Shown: positions 1 through 14,135, numbered from the stretch's first letter. The stretch is DNA of 64,000 nt from Octopus sinensis (GCF_006345805.1 NC_043009.1:70680001-70744000); one strand, 5' to 3'. Program-made: numbers and translations. Notes: generated from the sequence alone by a model not told the origin.

Positions 1-918
1 TTACTTTTTTTTATTCTTTTGTCATTTTATAATCTTTTATTTCTTCTATCAACAGTTCTCGCAATATCCATTTTTAGTTTTATTCTCGACCTTTTGTACC
101 TTTTTTATTTATTATTATTTTTTTTTTGAGATTCTATAAAATTGATTTTGTAAATACACATTGAAAGCTTAGTGAGGTGTAAGAGCAATACAAAACGTAA
201 ATTATAAACAACAACAGAAATCGCGGAAACTCCTTTTATGCTTAAATTATTCACGACGAGTATTACTTAATTGCTTGTCTCTGGTGATTTATAGCGTGTA
301 TGAAAATTGTACTTTAAATAATAGTACCACGTATGTTTGAGAACGTCAATGGAGAGAAAAGAGAAGATGAGTCCGAGGGGATCGAAGTGAGAGAACAGAG
401 ACTGAGAGAGAGAAAATAAAAAGAAATGACAAAAGGTATAAAATGGAGCGTTTGAACAAGTGATACACTTGATGTGAAGAATTGTGTCAAGTCAAGGCCT
501 GATGCCGCTTACTATTTCTCAATTTCTATGGTTTTTGTTGTTTACGTTAAACGTCACAGACTCCAAATACACATATCTTGAAAAGACCATTCACACTAAA
601 TTGCTCGTCTCTTAATCTTTCACCAATACGAACACCACCATTAAGAACGAAGCGATTGTAATTATGTTCTTCATTGTTATCGGCTCTCCTCTTACAGGCT
701 GCAGTCACTAGGGTGCGACCTTAGAAACGCTTCAAGCAATTTCCTCAACAGAATAGTCACAAACTATAGTTAGCAGTTTATCAACAAAGTTGGTACTTTA
801 TCAGTTCAACTGATGCAGTAAATTCTAAACGTTGCCTCTCTTTAAATACCATCACGTATTTGGACATGTTTACAGCAGCATATACAAGGGCATCCATACA
901 CATACAATCAACTGAATT

Positions 919-1275
919 TTTTATCTTGAATCAGTCAAATGACCGCGGCCATGCTGGGGCACCTCCTTGGAGGGTTTTAGTAAAACAAATTGACCCCAAG
1001 ACTTAATTTTTTAAAAAACAGTACTTATTATATCGGCCCCTTTTGACGAACCGCTAAGTCACGGGGACATAAACACACAAACACCAGTTGTCAAGTGCTG
1101 GTGGGAGACAAACAGAGATACAAAGACACGCTCAAACACAGATATATGTGAATGTATGTGTGTGTGTGTGAGTACACGACAGGCTTGTTTCAGTTTCCGT
1201 CTACCAAATCCACTTATAAGACTTTGGTCAACCCGAGGATGCAGTACAAGATACCTGTGCAAGGTGCCACGACTC
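919..1275 (-). mobile_element. tRNA-derived SINE (octopus type), 5' head truncated, with LINE-derived 3' tail
   Basis: Body (gctaagtcacggggac, tttcagtttccgtctaccaaatccac, gcaaggtgccac) matches a cephalopod SINE as I recall it. On the minus strand the 3' end reads GGTGCCCCAGCATGGCC + hairpin + AAGATAAAA, the same motif as the LINE 3' ends in this window. Confidence 0.8.
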
Positions 1276-1464
1276 ACACATACATACACACATATATAAA
1301 CACAGATGTAGGTTCGAAATAACAAGCATTCTCCTCCCTATCTTTTCTACTAACTCGCATACATTTTCTGTAAGAAAAAAATCATTCGTGTTGAATCTCT
1401 GAAACGCGGCGAAAGACCTAACTAAACAAGGAACCAAAATTCTAGACTCTCTACGCCAATTCAA

Positions 1465-1625
<161 letters not shown>

Positions 1626-1861
1626 GAAGATAACAACTAGAGCAATAAGTAACAAAGAGAAGTGGATCATTGGTGTTTGAAAGTCATTAATTTAATTTGG
1701 AACATTTACAGCTGTTTCTGTTTATCAAACTGGAGTAAATTTACATTTACTTCGTTACATTTAACAAACATCTTCAGAATGAAAAGAGATAATACACCAG
1801 GAGTGCCTACGGATACATCTACCGATGGTTGCATAACCTCTAACTTATATCTTGCTTAACC

Positions 1862-1920
<59 letters not shown>

Positions 1921-1922
1921 AT

Positions 1923-2335
1923 ACAACTTATAAACAAGGGCAAAGAAAAAAATTCTAATGCCAAATATGCCGAAAATAGACAAATCGTCAATAACCATTT
2001 AATTTATCACTATAAGCACGCGTCTGGAGAATTTCTATTTTGGATATATTTGGGATACTTAAGTGTGCTCATGACTTAGTGTTTACTTCTTCCATGGGTA
2101 TAAGTAAGTATTTCATTTATTTCTTACCGTATTTATCGCTGACGAGGAGAAAATTCTTATGAATTAAAAGTGAAATTGGGACCGATAGGATAATAACGGA
2201 CTTTTTTTAGAAATGTATGTCGGCTTACTTCGAGACGTGTGCTTATAGTGATAAATTATATGGTTATTGATGATTTGTCTATTTCGGCATATTTGGCATT
2301 ATAATTTTTTTCTTTTGCCCTTGTTTATAAGTTGT
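1923..2335. mobile_element. MITE-like element with ~100-bp terminal inverted repeats
   Basis: 1923-2024 (acaacttataaacaagggc...cacgcgtc) is the reverse complement of 2234-2335 with a few mismatches. Non-coding ~210-bp interior, no clear TSD. Confidence 0.6.
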
Positions 2336-2429
2336 TTATTAATTTAACCTTTAAAGGTATTTTTAATAAGCTGGCCATTAAAAGAATTTTTTCGAAACAA
2401 TTTATCCTATATTAGATGTATATATATAT

Positions 2430-2632
2430 AGTTAATCCAAACAAGAAAACACAAAAAAACACAGCAACGCGAGGACGTGGAGCAAATAAAGTATTATTGG
2501 ACGCTCAGGAAAGAAGGGAAGAAGGAGGGTTTAACGTTTCGAGCGGAGCTCTTCATCGGAAACAAAAGAGAAGGAAAGATCCCGAGAAGGGAAGACAGAG
2601 GAAAAAAATTGCTGGCGGTGCTCACGAGGTCA
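2430..2632 (-). mobile_element. Penelope-like terminal (pLTR) fragment
   Basis: Flanked by (TA)n, contains a minimal hammerhead, and resembles 8060-8262. Confidence 0.6.
2529..2563 (-). ncRNA. Minimal type I hammerhead ribozyme, variant core CCGAUGA
   Basis: Minus strand: GTTT-CCGATGA-A-GAGC-TCC-GCTC-GAAA-CGT-T-AAAC. Stem I GTTT/AAAC, stem II GAGC/GCTC, palindromic ACGT stem III, GUU site. Confidence 0.55.
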
Positions 2633-2801
2633 TATATATATATATATATATATTGTTAGAAATGGTAAGACAACAAAAGAATGAAAGAGACATTCATATT
2701 GTTTAAATAGATGAATTTATTTGTAAATATATATGACAATTATTCGGTAGCCATGATAAAACTCAGACATCAGAAACTCGGAGTTTTATCATGGCTTGCA
2801 A

Positions 2802-2902
<101 letters not shown>

Positions 2903-3629
2903 CGTACCTGTGTCTGTAATGATGTATTCATGTAAAGCAAAATACGAAAGTTATGGGACCGAGTGTATGTAATTCTTTTGTAATTTTATCGTAATGTTAA
3001 AATGATCTAGCTCGCAATAACAAGAAAAATTACGAAAATGATTGAGAAATATCAGATACAGTCAATTAAAGCAGCATATTATAAAATTTAGAAAATCGTA
3101 CAAAATTACTGAAATCGTGTAACAGTCGTTGCACGATAAGGCGTTATTTCCTTTATGATAAAAAAAAAGCCATATGGAGAGAAATAATCATAGAATTTGA
3201 AGAAAGATCAAGATATAAATACTGTAGAAATGGAAATAGGAAATGGGATGGATATAACAATTGAAGAATAAGAGAGGCGAAAGTGTACAAGCGCATTCTG
3301 TGGTTATTTTTTTGTTCTCTTCACACAGAAGTGACGATTAAATAAATTAAATTGACTAACGTTATCGCAACTGAGATAACGAACAATATAACCGTTTCAC
3401 AAAATGAAATCCATTGCCGCAATTTTGCCGACCTAATCGCTATTGCCTGGTTTACTCCAGGGTTTCATAAACTAATTACTTATGACCAAACTTATACATA
3501 CACATATCATTCGCCATTAACTGATTAGTTGCCACTTTGGATTATTTACGATATGAAGAGGAGTGCGGTTGTGTGTAGCTTTCTGTGGTGTGTATGTGTG
3601 TGTGTGTATAGAATGCTAGTTAGATGGAT

Positions 3630-3673
<44 letters not shown>

Positions 3674-3776
3674 ATATATATATATATATATATACATACA
3701 GATATATATTCATATATATATGTATATATATATATATATGTGTGTGGTGTGTGTGTGTGTGTGTGTGTGTTGTATG

Positions 3777-3824
<48 letters not shown>

Positions 3825-4523
3825 TATACATATACATATACATACATGTATATATATATATACATATGTATACATATATATACATATACATACACATATA
3901 TATACATATACATACACATATATTCATATATATATATATATATATATACACATATGTGTGAATATACACGCACACATACATAGGAGTGTGTGCACGAGCG
4001 AAAGAAGGTTCCATTTAGCATATCTAGTTTCAAGTATTTTGATAGCATGAAACTTTAAGCAATGTGGAGCTGAGTCATTCTGTTATATATATATATACAT
4101 GCATGAATGTATGTGTCTATGTTTGAGTGTGCTTCTTGGTTTTGCGTTTTTGTGTATTTCTGTGTGCTTGTCTGTCTGTGTGTAGGTGTTTCACTCGTGT
4201 TTTACTTATAATTAAACTTCATTTAATAACGCTGCCTTACATCTTATATTCTCTACAAGTTATGTTTTAATTAACAGTTATTTTAATAGCTTCGTTAATT
4301 AACCTTTTGCCTTGCAATTAATTTACCTAATTTAAATCTTCTTTTAAATATCCCGACTAACTACAATATCGTCCTTGTCTTCTTATCAGCTCTCCACCAA
4401 GTAACATCGAATACAGAGTTGACTTACAGTTTAAGTCCAAATAGTACATTTTCGCGTTTTGACTATGGACATACAAAGCATATGAAGGTTTACGCACATC
4501 ACACGCACGCACGAGTGCATGTA

Positions 4524-4629
<106 letters not shown>

Positions 4630-4662
4630 CATATACATACACATATATTCATATATATATAT

Positions 4663-4748
<86 letters not shown>

Positions 4749-4769
4749 CATATACATACACATATATTC

Positions 4770-4833
<64 letters not shown>

Positions 4834-5624
4834 GCATACATACGCCACTAGATTGATAGATAGATAGATAGACAGACAGACAGAAGGCTGTTTGTCTCCA
4901 TAATGTCGAAACTTCAGAATTTGAAGAACTGTTACAACTTCCATGATTTCCTTCAAGTGAAATTAAGAAGACGATATAATTTACTAAATATAAAAAGTGA
5001 CAAACGATGAGAGGATGAAGAGAAATAAAATAAAATTGTGAAGTAAAAAGAAAAAGTAGATGAAGAGGAAAAGAATGTGTAGAGAAAAAAGAGAAGGAAT
5101 CTGAGAAGATTCTAGAAGTTAACAGTTCCATCGCCGATTCGATGATGGAACTGTTAACTACTGAAATTCTCGTCTAAGGATCTCCCTCAATTTTCTCTAT
5201 CTGAAGAAGGAATACTCCGCTACTATATAACTTAGCTTTAATGGCCGAGAAATACATTATATGTGCATCTATTCTGGAAACAGCTGTAAGAGACTATCTG
5301 CACACACCCTTACTCCCTTATTTCCATGATATACTTTATACTAACAAGTCTATTGTATCAACTCTGCAATTTTGTTTAAATATATAAATTCCAAGCTCTA
5401 AACTGCTGCCAATTGTTTGTCTACTCGTTCTTTCTTTCAACTGTACCGTTGAATGATATGCCACTTAATGCTGTCCATTATTATGCAGCGAAAAAAATCG
5501 CGTTTTATTTACGCCGCTGTTCAAGTCTGAGATTTCGGTGATAAGTCAACCGAGCACATCTTGTATAAACCTTTTACATTACGTCATAATTTCTCTCCCT
5601 CTTTCTCTCACTCTCTCTCTCTCT

Positions 5625-5666
<42 letters not shown>

Positions 5667-5739
5667 TATATATAAGAGAACAAAGTGTACGTACGCCGCT
5701 AAATATATATATATATATATATATTTATTATATAGAAGG

Positions 5740-5790
5740 AGCTTCTACAGGACTAGAACTGTTTCATTCAAGAGAAATCTTCAGGAAGCT
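5740..5790 (-). ncRNA. Type I hammerhead ribozyme (inverted copy of 6500-6550)
   Basis: Exact reverse complement of the motif at 6500-6550. Confidence 0.7.
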
Positions 5791-6499
5791 AGTTAACAAG
5801 AATTGTATTGGCATTTATACATTTAGGCAGGTTTAACGGGGTGTTGGTGGGGACTTTTTTGGGGTTAGGCATAGCGCAAAATATCATACTTGGGGGAGTG
5901 GTCAAGGAGTCAGTGTTAAATTAGATAGAAGAATAAATAAAAAGATAAAAAAATTAAAAAATAAAAAAATAAAATAAAAAAATAAAAACCTATATATAAA
6001 AAACCTATATATAAAAAAAAGGGGGAATAGAGTTTTAGGTAAATAAGGAGATTCTCACTTATACCTATGCACACATGTATACATACATACACACACATAC
6101 AAACATATATACATATACATACACACATACATACACACACATATATATACATATATATACACTTACACATACACATACATATACATATCTACACATACAC
6201 ATATATGTATACATACACACACTCACATGTATACACGTATACACACATGTATATATACACACACGACCTCACATACATATACGCACAGAAAAATATATAT
6301 ACACATACACACACATACTCACATACACGCATACACACACATATCCACACACACACATGCACACACAGCACACTAGTCCCTATATACACATATATACACA
6401 TACACACACATATATACACACACAAAAGTCCCCCCCAAAAAAGTCCCCCACCGTTAAACCTGCCTAAATGTATAAATGCCAATACAATTCTTGTTAACT

Positions 6500-6550
6500 A
6501 GCTTCCTGAAGATTTCTCTTGAATGAAACAGTTCTAGTCCTGTAGAAGCT
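6500..6550 (+). ncRNA. Type I hammerhead ribozyme
   Basis: Stem I AGCTTC(6500-6505)/GAAGCT(6545-6550); core CTGAAGA 6506-6512; stem II TTC-TCTT-GAA with a T.T base; GAAA 6525-6528; stem III ACAG/CTGT; GUA site, cut after 6544. Confidence 0.72.
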
Positions 6551-6633
6551 CCTTCTATATAATAAATTAATTTTACTCTGCTATGTATTGAGTACCTTAT
6601 TTACTGTGGTTAACCCCGAATCAACCCGGGACC

Positions 6634-6692
<59 letters not shown>

Positions 6693-7234
6693 TATGTGTA
6701 TATATATACACGAGTTACTGAAAAGAGTATGGGAAATCCGGGCTACATTTCAGGCCAACGATATCTTGATTAGATTAAAGGTTACATTGTCGAATGGAGG
6801 TACATGTTGACGCAAAGGTTCAATCAGAATGTATCATTTATATAAATACCTAAAAACATAAGAGGTGACCATCAAAGGGCACCTAGCATGCTAGAAGGAG
6901 TAGCCAAAATCAAAACCACTATTAGCGATACATTTCGAAGGGAATGAAAGAGCTTAAAACGGTGTAATTAAAGAATGAATAGAATTCCTACAACAGTTCA
7001 CAATGAATATGAATCAATTCTTCCACGTATTAAAGCTATGACTGATGCCGAAGTTAGACCAAAACATTTTAGGTTATTAAAATTCCATTTAACAAACTGT
7101 GTTCATTATTTGTCGAAAGCTTCCTCTGGATCTCTCTTTTTTACTCCTCTCTCCATATATATATACATATGTGTGTATATAGAGATATACTTACCCATAT
7201 ATGTGTGCATATACACACATACACACACACACAC

Positions 7235-7280
<46 letters not shown>

Positions 7281-7992
7281 ATATATACATACATGTATAT
7301 AGAAACATATATGGGTAAGTATATGTATATATACATATATATAATATATATGTTTATATATATATATACACACATATATAGATATACAGAGAGGGAAGAT
7401 TAAAAGAGAGAGAGGCAGCTTTGGACAAATAATGGACAAACACACACACACACACATATAAATGAGTAACAAAGCTTTCTATTGGTGATAAGAATATGTT
7501 TAAACATTTAACTTGTCATTTATGCTTGAGGTTTATGCGATCATCTGAGGAGAACGATTTCTTTGTAATGATGTAATGTTTTCATTTGTCAATTAAAGGA
7601 GTCACTTGAAACGGCCGTAATTAATTGACACTTATACATCTTGTTACTCATTTATATTTCACCCATCTTCCCTGGAATTTGCACTGCGGAAGTATTTAGA
7701 AAGTGCCTTTATATATATTACCATGTCTGAAGAAACAAGACCGGATTTATTCACTAAATTGGATCGAGCCAGCTGCATACACTGCAAGAATACCAGGGGG
7801 ATAAAAATGTTTATGTAGATTGTGATACTCACCTAATATTGTGTGAGTATACAAATAAGTTCGTCCAAACAAGGTGCCTCAATTTAAATTAGTAATTCAA
7901 CTGAGTCTAAATTATATATGTAAATATATATGCATGTATACATATATAATACATATACATATATATATATATATATGTATATGTTTGTGTGA

Positions 7993-8035
<43 letters not shown>

Positions 8036-8059
8036 CATATAGATAAATAAATATATAAC

Positions 8060-8262
8060 CACATGTGAATCGTTGGTGATTTTCTTCCTCCGTCTACCCT
8101 TCTATTGGACTTTCTTCTGTTTCTGAAGAAGAGCGTTGCTCGAAACGTTAAACCATCTTTCTTCCCTTCCCTGAGCGTCTGCTAATATTTTACAGGTACT
8201 ATTGTTGTCGCATTGGTGTGTTTTGTTTTTGTTTGTTCTTATTTTGGGGATTTACTAAGTAA
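8060..8262 (+). mobile_element. Penelope-like terminal fragment
   Basis: Related to 2430-2632, contains a hammerhead, and is flanked by microsatellites. Confidence 0.6.
8119..8153 (+). ncRNA. Minimal type I hammerhead ribozyme
   Basis: GTTT-CTGAAGA-A-GAGC-GTT-GCTC-GAAA-CGT-T-AAAC; palindromic loopless stem III typical of dimer-active Penelope hammerheads. Confidence 0.65.
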
Positions 8263-8464
8263 ATATATACTCATATACACATATCTATGTACATAAATGT
8301 ATGCATTGATGCATATATATATATTTATATATACGTACATGCATATATATACATATGAACATATATACATACATAAGTATGAATATATATATATTTATAT
8401 CTACTTGCACATACGTGCAAACACACACACATTGATATATATAAAGGAAATACATTTCTATTTG

Positions 8465-8499
<35 letters not shown>

Positions 8500-8658
8500 C
8501 ATTCATGTGATCATCGGACATCGATATCTAACTAAATGTTTAAAACGAAGAAAAATATGATGTGAATATATATATTTTCTCTGTATATGTATATGTGTGT
8601 GTGCGCGTGTGTATATACATGTGCATGCGTATGTACATATACATATATATACATATAC

Positions 8659-8691
<33 letters not shown>

Positions 8692-10161
8692 ATATACATA
8701 TATATATGTATACATACATATATATATATATATGTATATATACATCTATATATATATATATATACATACATACATACATACATATGTGTGTGTGCATAAA
8801 TATATGTACGTATATATATATATATATATACGTACATATATTTATGCACAAACACACATATGTATACATCATACTGACCGGTTGTAACCGCCTCACAAAC
8901 GTTTCATGACTACTGCAACTATTAGTGCCAGAACTATTATTGACAGCAACACCTCGGATATTCTTAGTGGGAAAATACAAAAACGTGAAGCATTGAAAGA
9001 AACTCCAAAATCGGAAAGAACTGGTAAACAAAAGAAACTCGTGTAACGCTGACTTTCATATTTCTTGTCTACTTTTAAATTCAGTTACTTGAATAAATTG
9101 CTTTTCTTGATCAAGGTATGAAGTTATAGATTCAATACAATGTAGGATATTGTCTACCATCCTCTTCGTTACAAATTGTCCATCCTTAGAAGATTATGAA
9201 TGAATGAAAACGGAATCAGAGCCAGAAGAAGAGTGAGAATTTGGAAGATGTAAAGCAGAACCGGAAGCTGAAATGTGAGGAAATACTGTCAGAAGACAAA
9301 AACTTGCGATACTTTTTATGAGTAGGGGACGAAGAAAATATTTATCCAGGAAGATATATTTCTTAATTTAAAGGAGAAAAGTTAGAAAACGGAAAATTTT
9401 TACAAATCACAGAAAGATCGGGGCAGAGAAAGTAATATGTGAGAAGCTTGGCTTTATTTTTCAAACGTCTATCTTTCCTGTCAGATATAAATATATACAT
9501 GAAATAGCGAGGCAGATTTGTTAATATACCTCTGTAATATTCATACAGCAAGTCACAGAGTTGGAAAACAATTAGTGGATATTTTCGTGCATATTATCGG
9601 ACAGAACATGACATTTGAACGCATGTCGTCCCGAATGTCACCAACACGAGATGTGAATTCATGAGAGTCCTTGTATCAAATTTGTTTTCTCTTTTGTTTT
9701 TTTTTTTAACTTGTCAGTCATTGAAAATTGTGTTTAATGATTCAAGAATGATATTTTATTTGTTTTACTTGAATGCATCTGAAGAATGTTTCTGGAACTT
9801 CAAGCGCTCAGATTGATGTGGCCTCCATGATTAATGCCATTCCTGAGCAACTGTAAATCAATTTCTATTGGAAAAGCTGTGCGTAGCAGACAACCAAGTA
9901 CCTTGCTAAAAATATTTCAATAGTGTAAATCCCTACAAGATCGCTGAAAACTAGGTGATGTGTCAAGTGTTTCACCCAAAAGGCCGAATGACCCGTTCAT
10001 GTATGCTTTATATACGTTTGGTTCCCGAGCCTTCGTGAAATTCTCTTGTTAGGGGATCAAATCAAATGACATTATATAGCCCATGTATGAGTTATATATA
10101 AAATGTTTTAAGTTTCAATTTAGCAGCGTCGGAAAGGTTATACATGCAATGCACATACACT

Positions 10162-10925
10162 ATCCCAGGACAGGTCGAGGATCCCACTAACTCACAGCCT
10201 TCATTCCATTTTCTAAAGAGAATGTAATAAACACATTAATCCAGGTTGAGATCAGATCACTCCAATATAGTGGCCACCCAGCAAATGTGGAAGGCATTGA
10301 GTACACCCTACCTGCACAGCCAAGCAACTATCTTGACATAAATTATTCATTGAAGATTTTCCATTTATTGTGCTATGCATTATTGCAAAGTATTTCCCTC
10401 TACGCTTATATTATACTTACCAATAATAATTAACTGTAGAAGTTAGCAATGGAGTTATTATAACTATCAGCTTATTTTTATTGTTCCACGAACGCCGTAC
10501 TTCAATGAGTGGTATTCTATTCGGTTGTAAAACATAGACTTAACAGAATACCATCTACTATGTTCACAAATAAATGATATTCGGTGTAGAAACGAAGCGC
10601 TTACTTTCAAGAAAAGCACAATGGCTCTGTCTTCAAATTTAGGCTTGATAACCAAATGATATATATTGCATCAGTTTCAATAATATCTCTCTATCTTTTC
10701 CTCGGTTTCTAAGCGGCCAGAGAGTGCAAGATGAAGTATTTTACGTTTTATGGCGATATTTGACCGGCTGTGCAGGTAGGGTGTACTCAATGCCTTCCAC
10801 ATTTGCTGGGTGGCCACTATATTGGAGTGATCTGATCTCAACCTGGATTAATGTGTTTATTACATTCTCTTTAGAAAATGGAATGAAGGCTGTGAGTTAG
10901 TGGGATCCTCGACCAGTCCTGGGAT
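10162..10925. repeat. Near-perfect 160-bp inverted repeat with 444-bp spacer
   Basis: 10162-10321 is the reverse complement of 10766-10925 with one mismatch seen (ggacaggtcg vs ggactggtcg). No TSD. Confidence 0.9.
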
Positions 10926-13900
10926 GGAGTTCATTCAATTCGTCAAATTCGAAGAAAGATAATCTTAATTTTAGTAGTGGGTGCTATCGCAGTCCCGTAT
11001 ATTCATGGAAATACAGCCAGAGAAATGGTATAAGCAGCTGTTTAACTGTCTAAAGAAATAGCTGTCCGTGAATAGGATAAAGGAAGTGTTTAAATATTAT
11101 TGCCTATAGCCTAGATTTACGATGTTTCTACAAACATTAGGGTGACTTTTCTTTTCTTTTAATTCTTTTTCTGAAAATAGACTTCAGTTTCCTTGTGATT
11201 GTTATAAATCTAAGTTTATCTTCGGTGTATCATTCCAAGTCAAAGTATTAAATTTATTTGGCAATGAACGTTAGTAATGTCGTGTTTTGGTTTACACTTA
11301 GATCTCATATATTAGTTTTTAGACCAGATAGAAAGTAAATTAGACTTGGTTTTTGACTCTATAGTCTGTGTAATGAAGTTATTTAGCAGAATTGCTATCG
11401 ACAAGAAATTCATTGTTAATATGGACATATTATTCAAATATTCTGTTCTAATTGTAGCAGACAAAAATCTATGATCGTATCTTATAGGCATGTTCTGTGT
11501 GCGCAATATGATGTGTACATATGTATTTACATACAAATATATGTATTTTCGTTTACAACACTTAAAATCCGTTTACTTACGTATATTTTGAAAAGTGGAA
11601 GTTGATTAAATATGAACGAAACTTTTAAATAAATTCTAGAATTGTTGTGACTGGTTAAATTCGTGAAGCATTGATCCAACAGGCTTCAGTCTAGTCAGCG
11701 GAATCTAGAAGGAAAGTAACAGAATTTGTTTCTAGTGAAAGGAAGAAATCTCTCCAGTAACATAGCAACACTTTGATGGAGATGCTCTTCACCAGTTTAT
11801 CATCAGAATTGATCGCCGGAAGTCGAGCGTTTATGGTTGCAGAATCAGCTTTGGAAGAGTTGATAAACACACTAGGAAGAGTTTATCGCTGAATTATCTG
11901 ATGTTAATCTCTTAATAGATTTGCTACTACTGCGGTTTAATTTAGAAATTATCGTTTGTTGATTTAATAACAGTTGGGCGATGATAAAACACTTGAACAA
12001 AATTCTTAAAAGCTTCTAAACGTGTCACGTTATTATCAGGTGCAAATTCACTGAGCTTGCGATTCTTCTTATTATTATTTGAAGGTAGAATCGTTTCGTT
12101 TCACCCTTTTACAATAAAGTTTAACCTTTTAGTAATAAGTGTCACAACTTCACATGTTCCTTAAAACAATGACGTTTACTGCTCCTGTTACTACTGATGG
12201 ACACTTTATATAACAGTTAAATCTGTCCTCGGTGAAACCATGTGTGCCACCTGGTGGTCTCTTCGGGTGTTAACGACGCAGAATCAGCTTAGTTCCTTCA
12301 CCTGCTTCAAACTTCCTGTATTATCTTATATCACGTAGACACATTGGATAATGTAGGCTACAATAAACTACGTTTATCTAATTCCTATTTATTAACAATA
12401 TGATTAAATGGAAAAGGATGAGACACCTTTAAGCATCGATACATTCTATTATGACTGACATGGAGACACTCAACAATTTTGAATACAAAATACAAAATAA
12501 ATATTTATAATATTCAAAGCGAATTAATAAATTCTATTTGTAACGTATTTAAAGTTCATTCGGGAACTAATTTGTTATTCATCCTCTTCCTATCCTTAGA
12601 TTGATATAAATACCAGAAATAGAGCTTGGTCATAGTCCACTAACTTGAAACCAGTAAAACACATGTTAGGTCGATTTGTTCAAGTGTCTCTTATGCAAAC
12701 TTAGTGTGTTTCTTATGCCAAAAATCAATAAACATCTGGGGAAACAAGGGTGGCAAATAGAATTTCTTCTTAATTGAACTATCGCCAAGAAATTGTCTCT
12801 AAAGACGTTAGTACAGAATGAAATTATCACCAATATCACCTTGCTTATTTAATCAAAATGGGAATCTATTCACGACTACAAATGTAATATTCTGCATTGT
12901 AACCTAATTCTGATTTCATTATCATTGGCTGCTGCATGCGAACGTCTTCAAGAAGTATTTCGGAACTAGATATATCTCTGGTAAAAGGTGTTTGTAACAT
13001 ATTAACTGATTAACCTTTTTACTCCAATAAACAAACATTTTGTTTCGCATTCTTTTGAATGGGATCAATAATGAATAATTGAATAAATAAATAAAAACTA
13101 ACCAAGAAATTATTTGTCATTTCTGTAAATTTGAGGATTTTTAAGATATATTTAACAATTAAATTATTTCATTGTTTTCTTAAATTAGTGTAGTAAATAG
13201 TCAGAAGCGAAAGGGTTTCTCGTAAATGCGAAGAGGAAAGTTTCGCCTAATACAGTGTTTAACAATATTTATTCCGATTCTCTGCGCTCTGATTTCAAAT
13301 CCCAATGAGATCATTTGTGCCTTTCATCCATTCAGAATCGATAAATAAGGTGTCTTGCTTGGCGGAACTGTTATTGTATCGGTCTTGATGTCTTGTGCTA
13401 TCTACTGTGACTCGTTGCGTCCTCATCTGGCACTTCAGCAATATTGGCGCTAAGCTGAACTTGATTCTGTCTTTTCCTTCCTTAACCAATAACAGTGACA
13501 TGAAGAATAGGAAACATCATTAGAAAGGAGTGTTTCCTCAGGTATGTGCCTTGCAAAGAAATCTCATGGTGTAAGTTCATGGTCTCATCAAATATAGAAG
13601 TGCCCAGATCAATTTACATGAGGCATTTATTTTAACCTGAGTGTGATTCGATCTCACAGCGTCGGAGAAGCAACATTAAATAAAATACGATGAATGACGT
13701 CTTACGAATTCATTACTCTAGTATCTTTCAGAAAAGCTAGAATACATCAATCCAACCGTTGTTTCACCAAACAACCTTTGATATCACACGTTGCAAAGAT
13801 TCGAAAGTTTCATAGTACCTTTGAAGGAATAATAACATATTTTCCTATTAGAATTCGATTCATTTCAAGATAAAGGATTATAGAAATATTAAATCCAAAC

Positions 13901-13981
13901 AGTTACGTAGCAGTTCATATACACCGCTCACAACATCGACACAGAAAAAAAACCCAATGATTCACTGATATATATATATTA

Positions 13982-14135
13982 GTTGGGGAGAATTCACAAA
14001 AACCCAAAAGACGAAGACAGATGGTGTAGACAACAAACAGATGTATTAGTTTAATACTCGAGAAGGGAAAAAGTCTTTAGCGTTTCGAGCCTACGCTCTT
14101 CCACAGAAAGGAACACAGGAGAGAAAATAAAGAGT
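13982..14135 (-). mobile_element. Penelope-like terminal fragment with degenerate hammerhead (14075-14110)
   Basis: Minus: CTTT-CTGTGGA-A-GAGC-GTAG-GCTC-GAAAC-GCT-AAAG (core and cleavage triplet mutated). Same family as 50237-50405. Confidence 0.6.

Larger units (their letters stand above)
5723..6640. mobile_element. Pair of Penelope-like terminal fragments in inverted orientation (~140-bp inverted repeat)
   Basis: 5723-5864 is the reverse complement of about 6430-6567. Each arm carries a hammerhead; the right copy continues through AATAAA into (TA)n. Confidence 0.7.
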
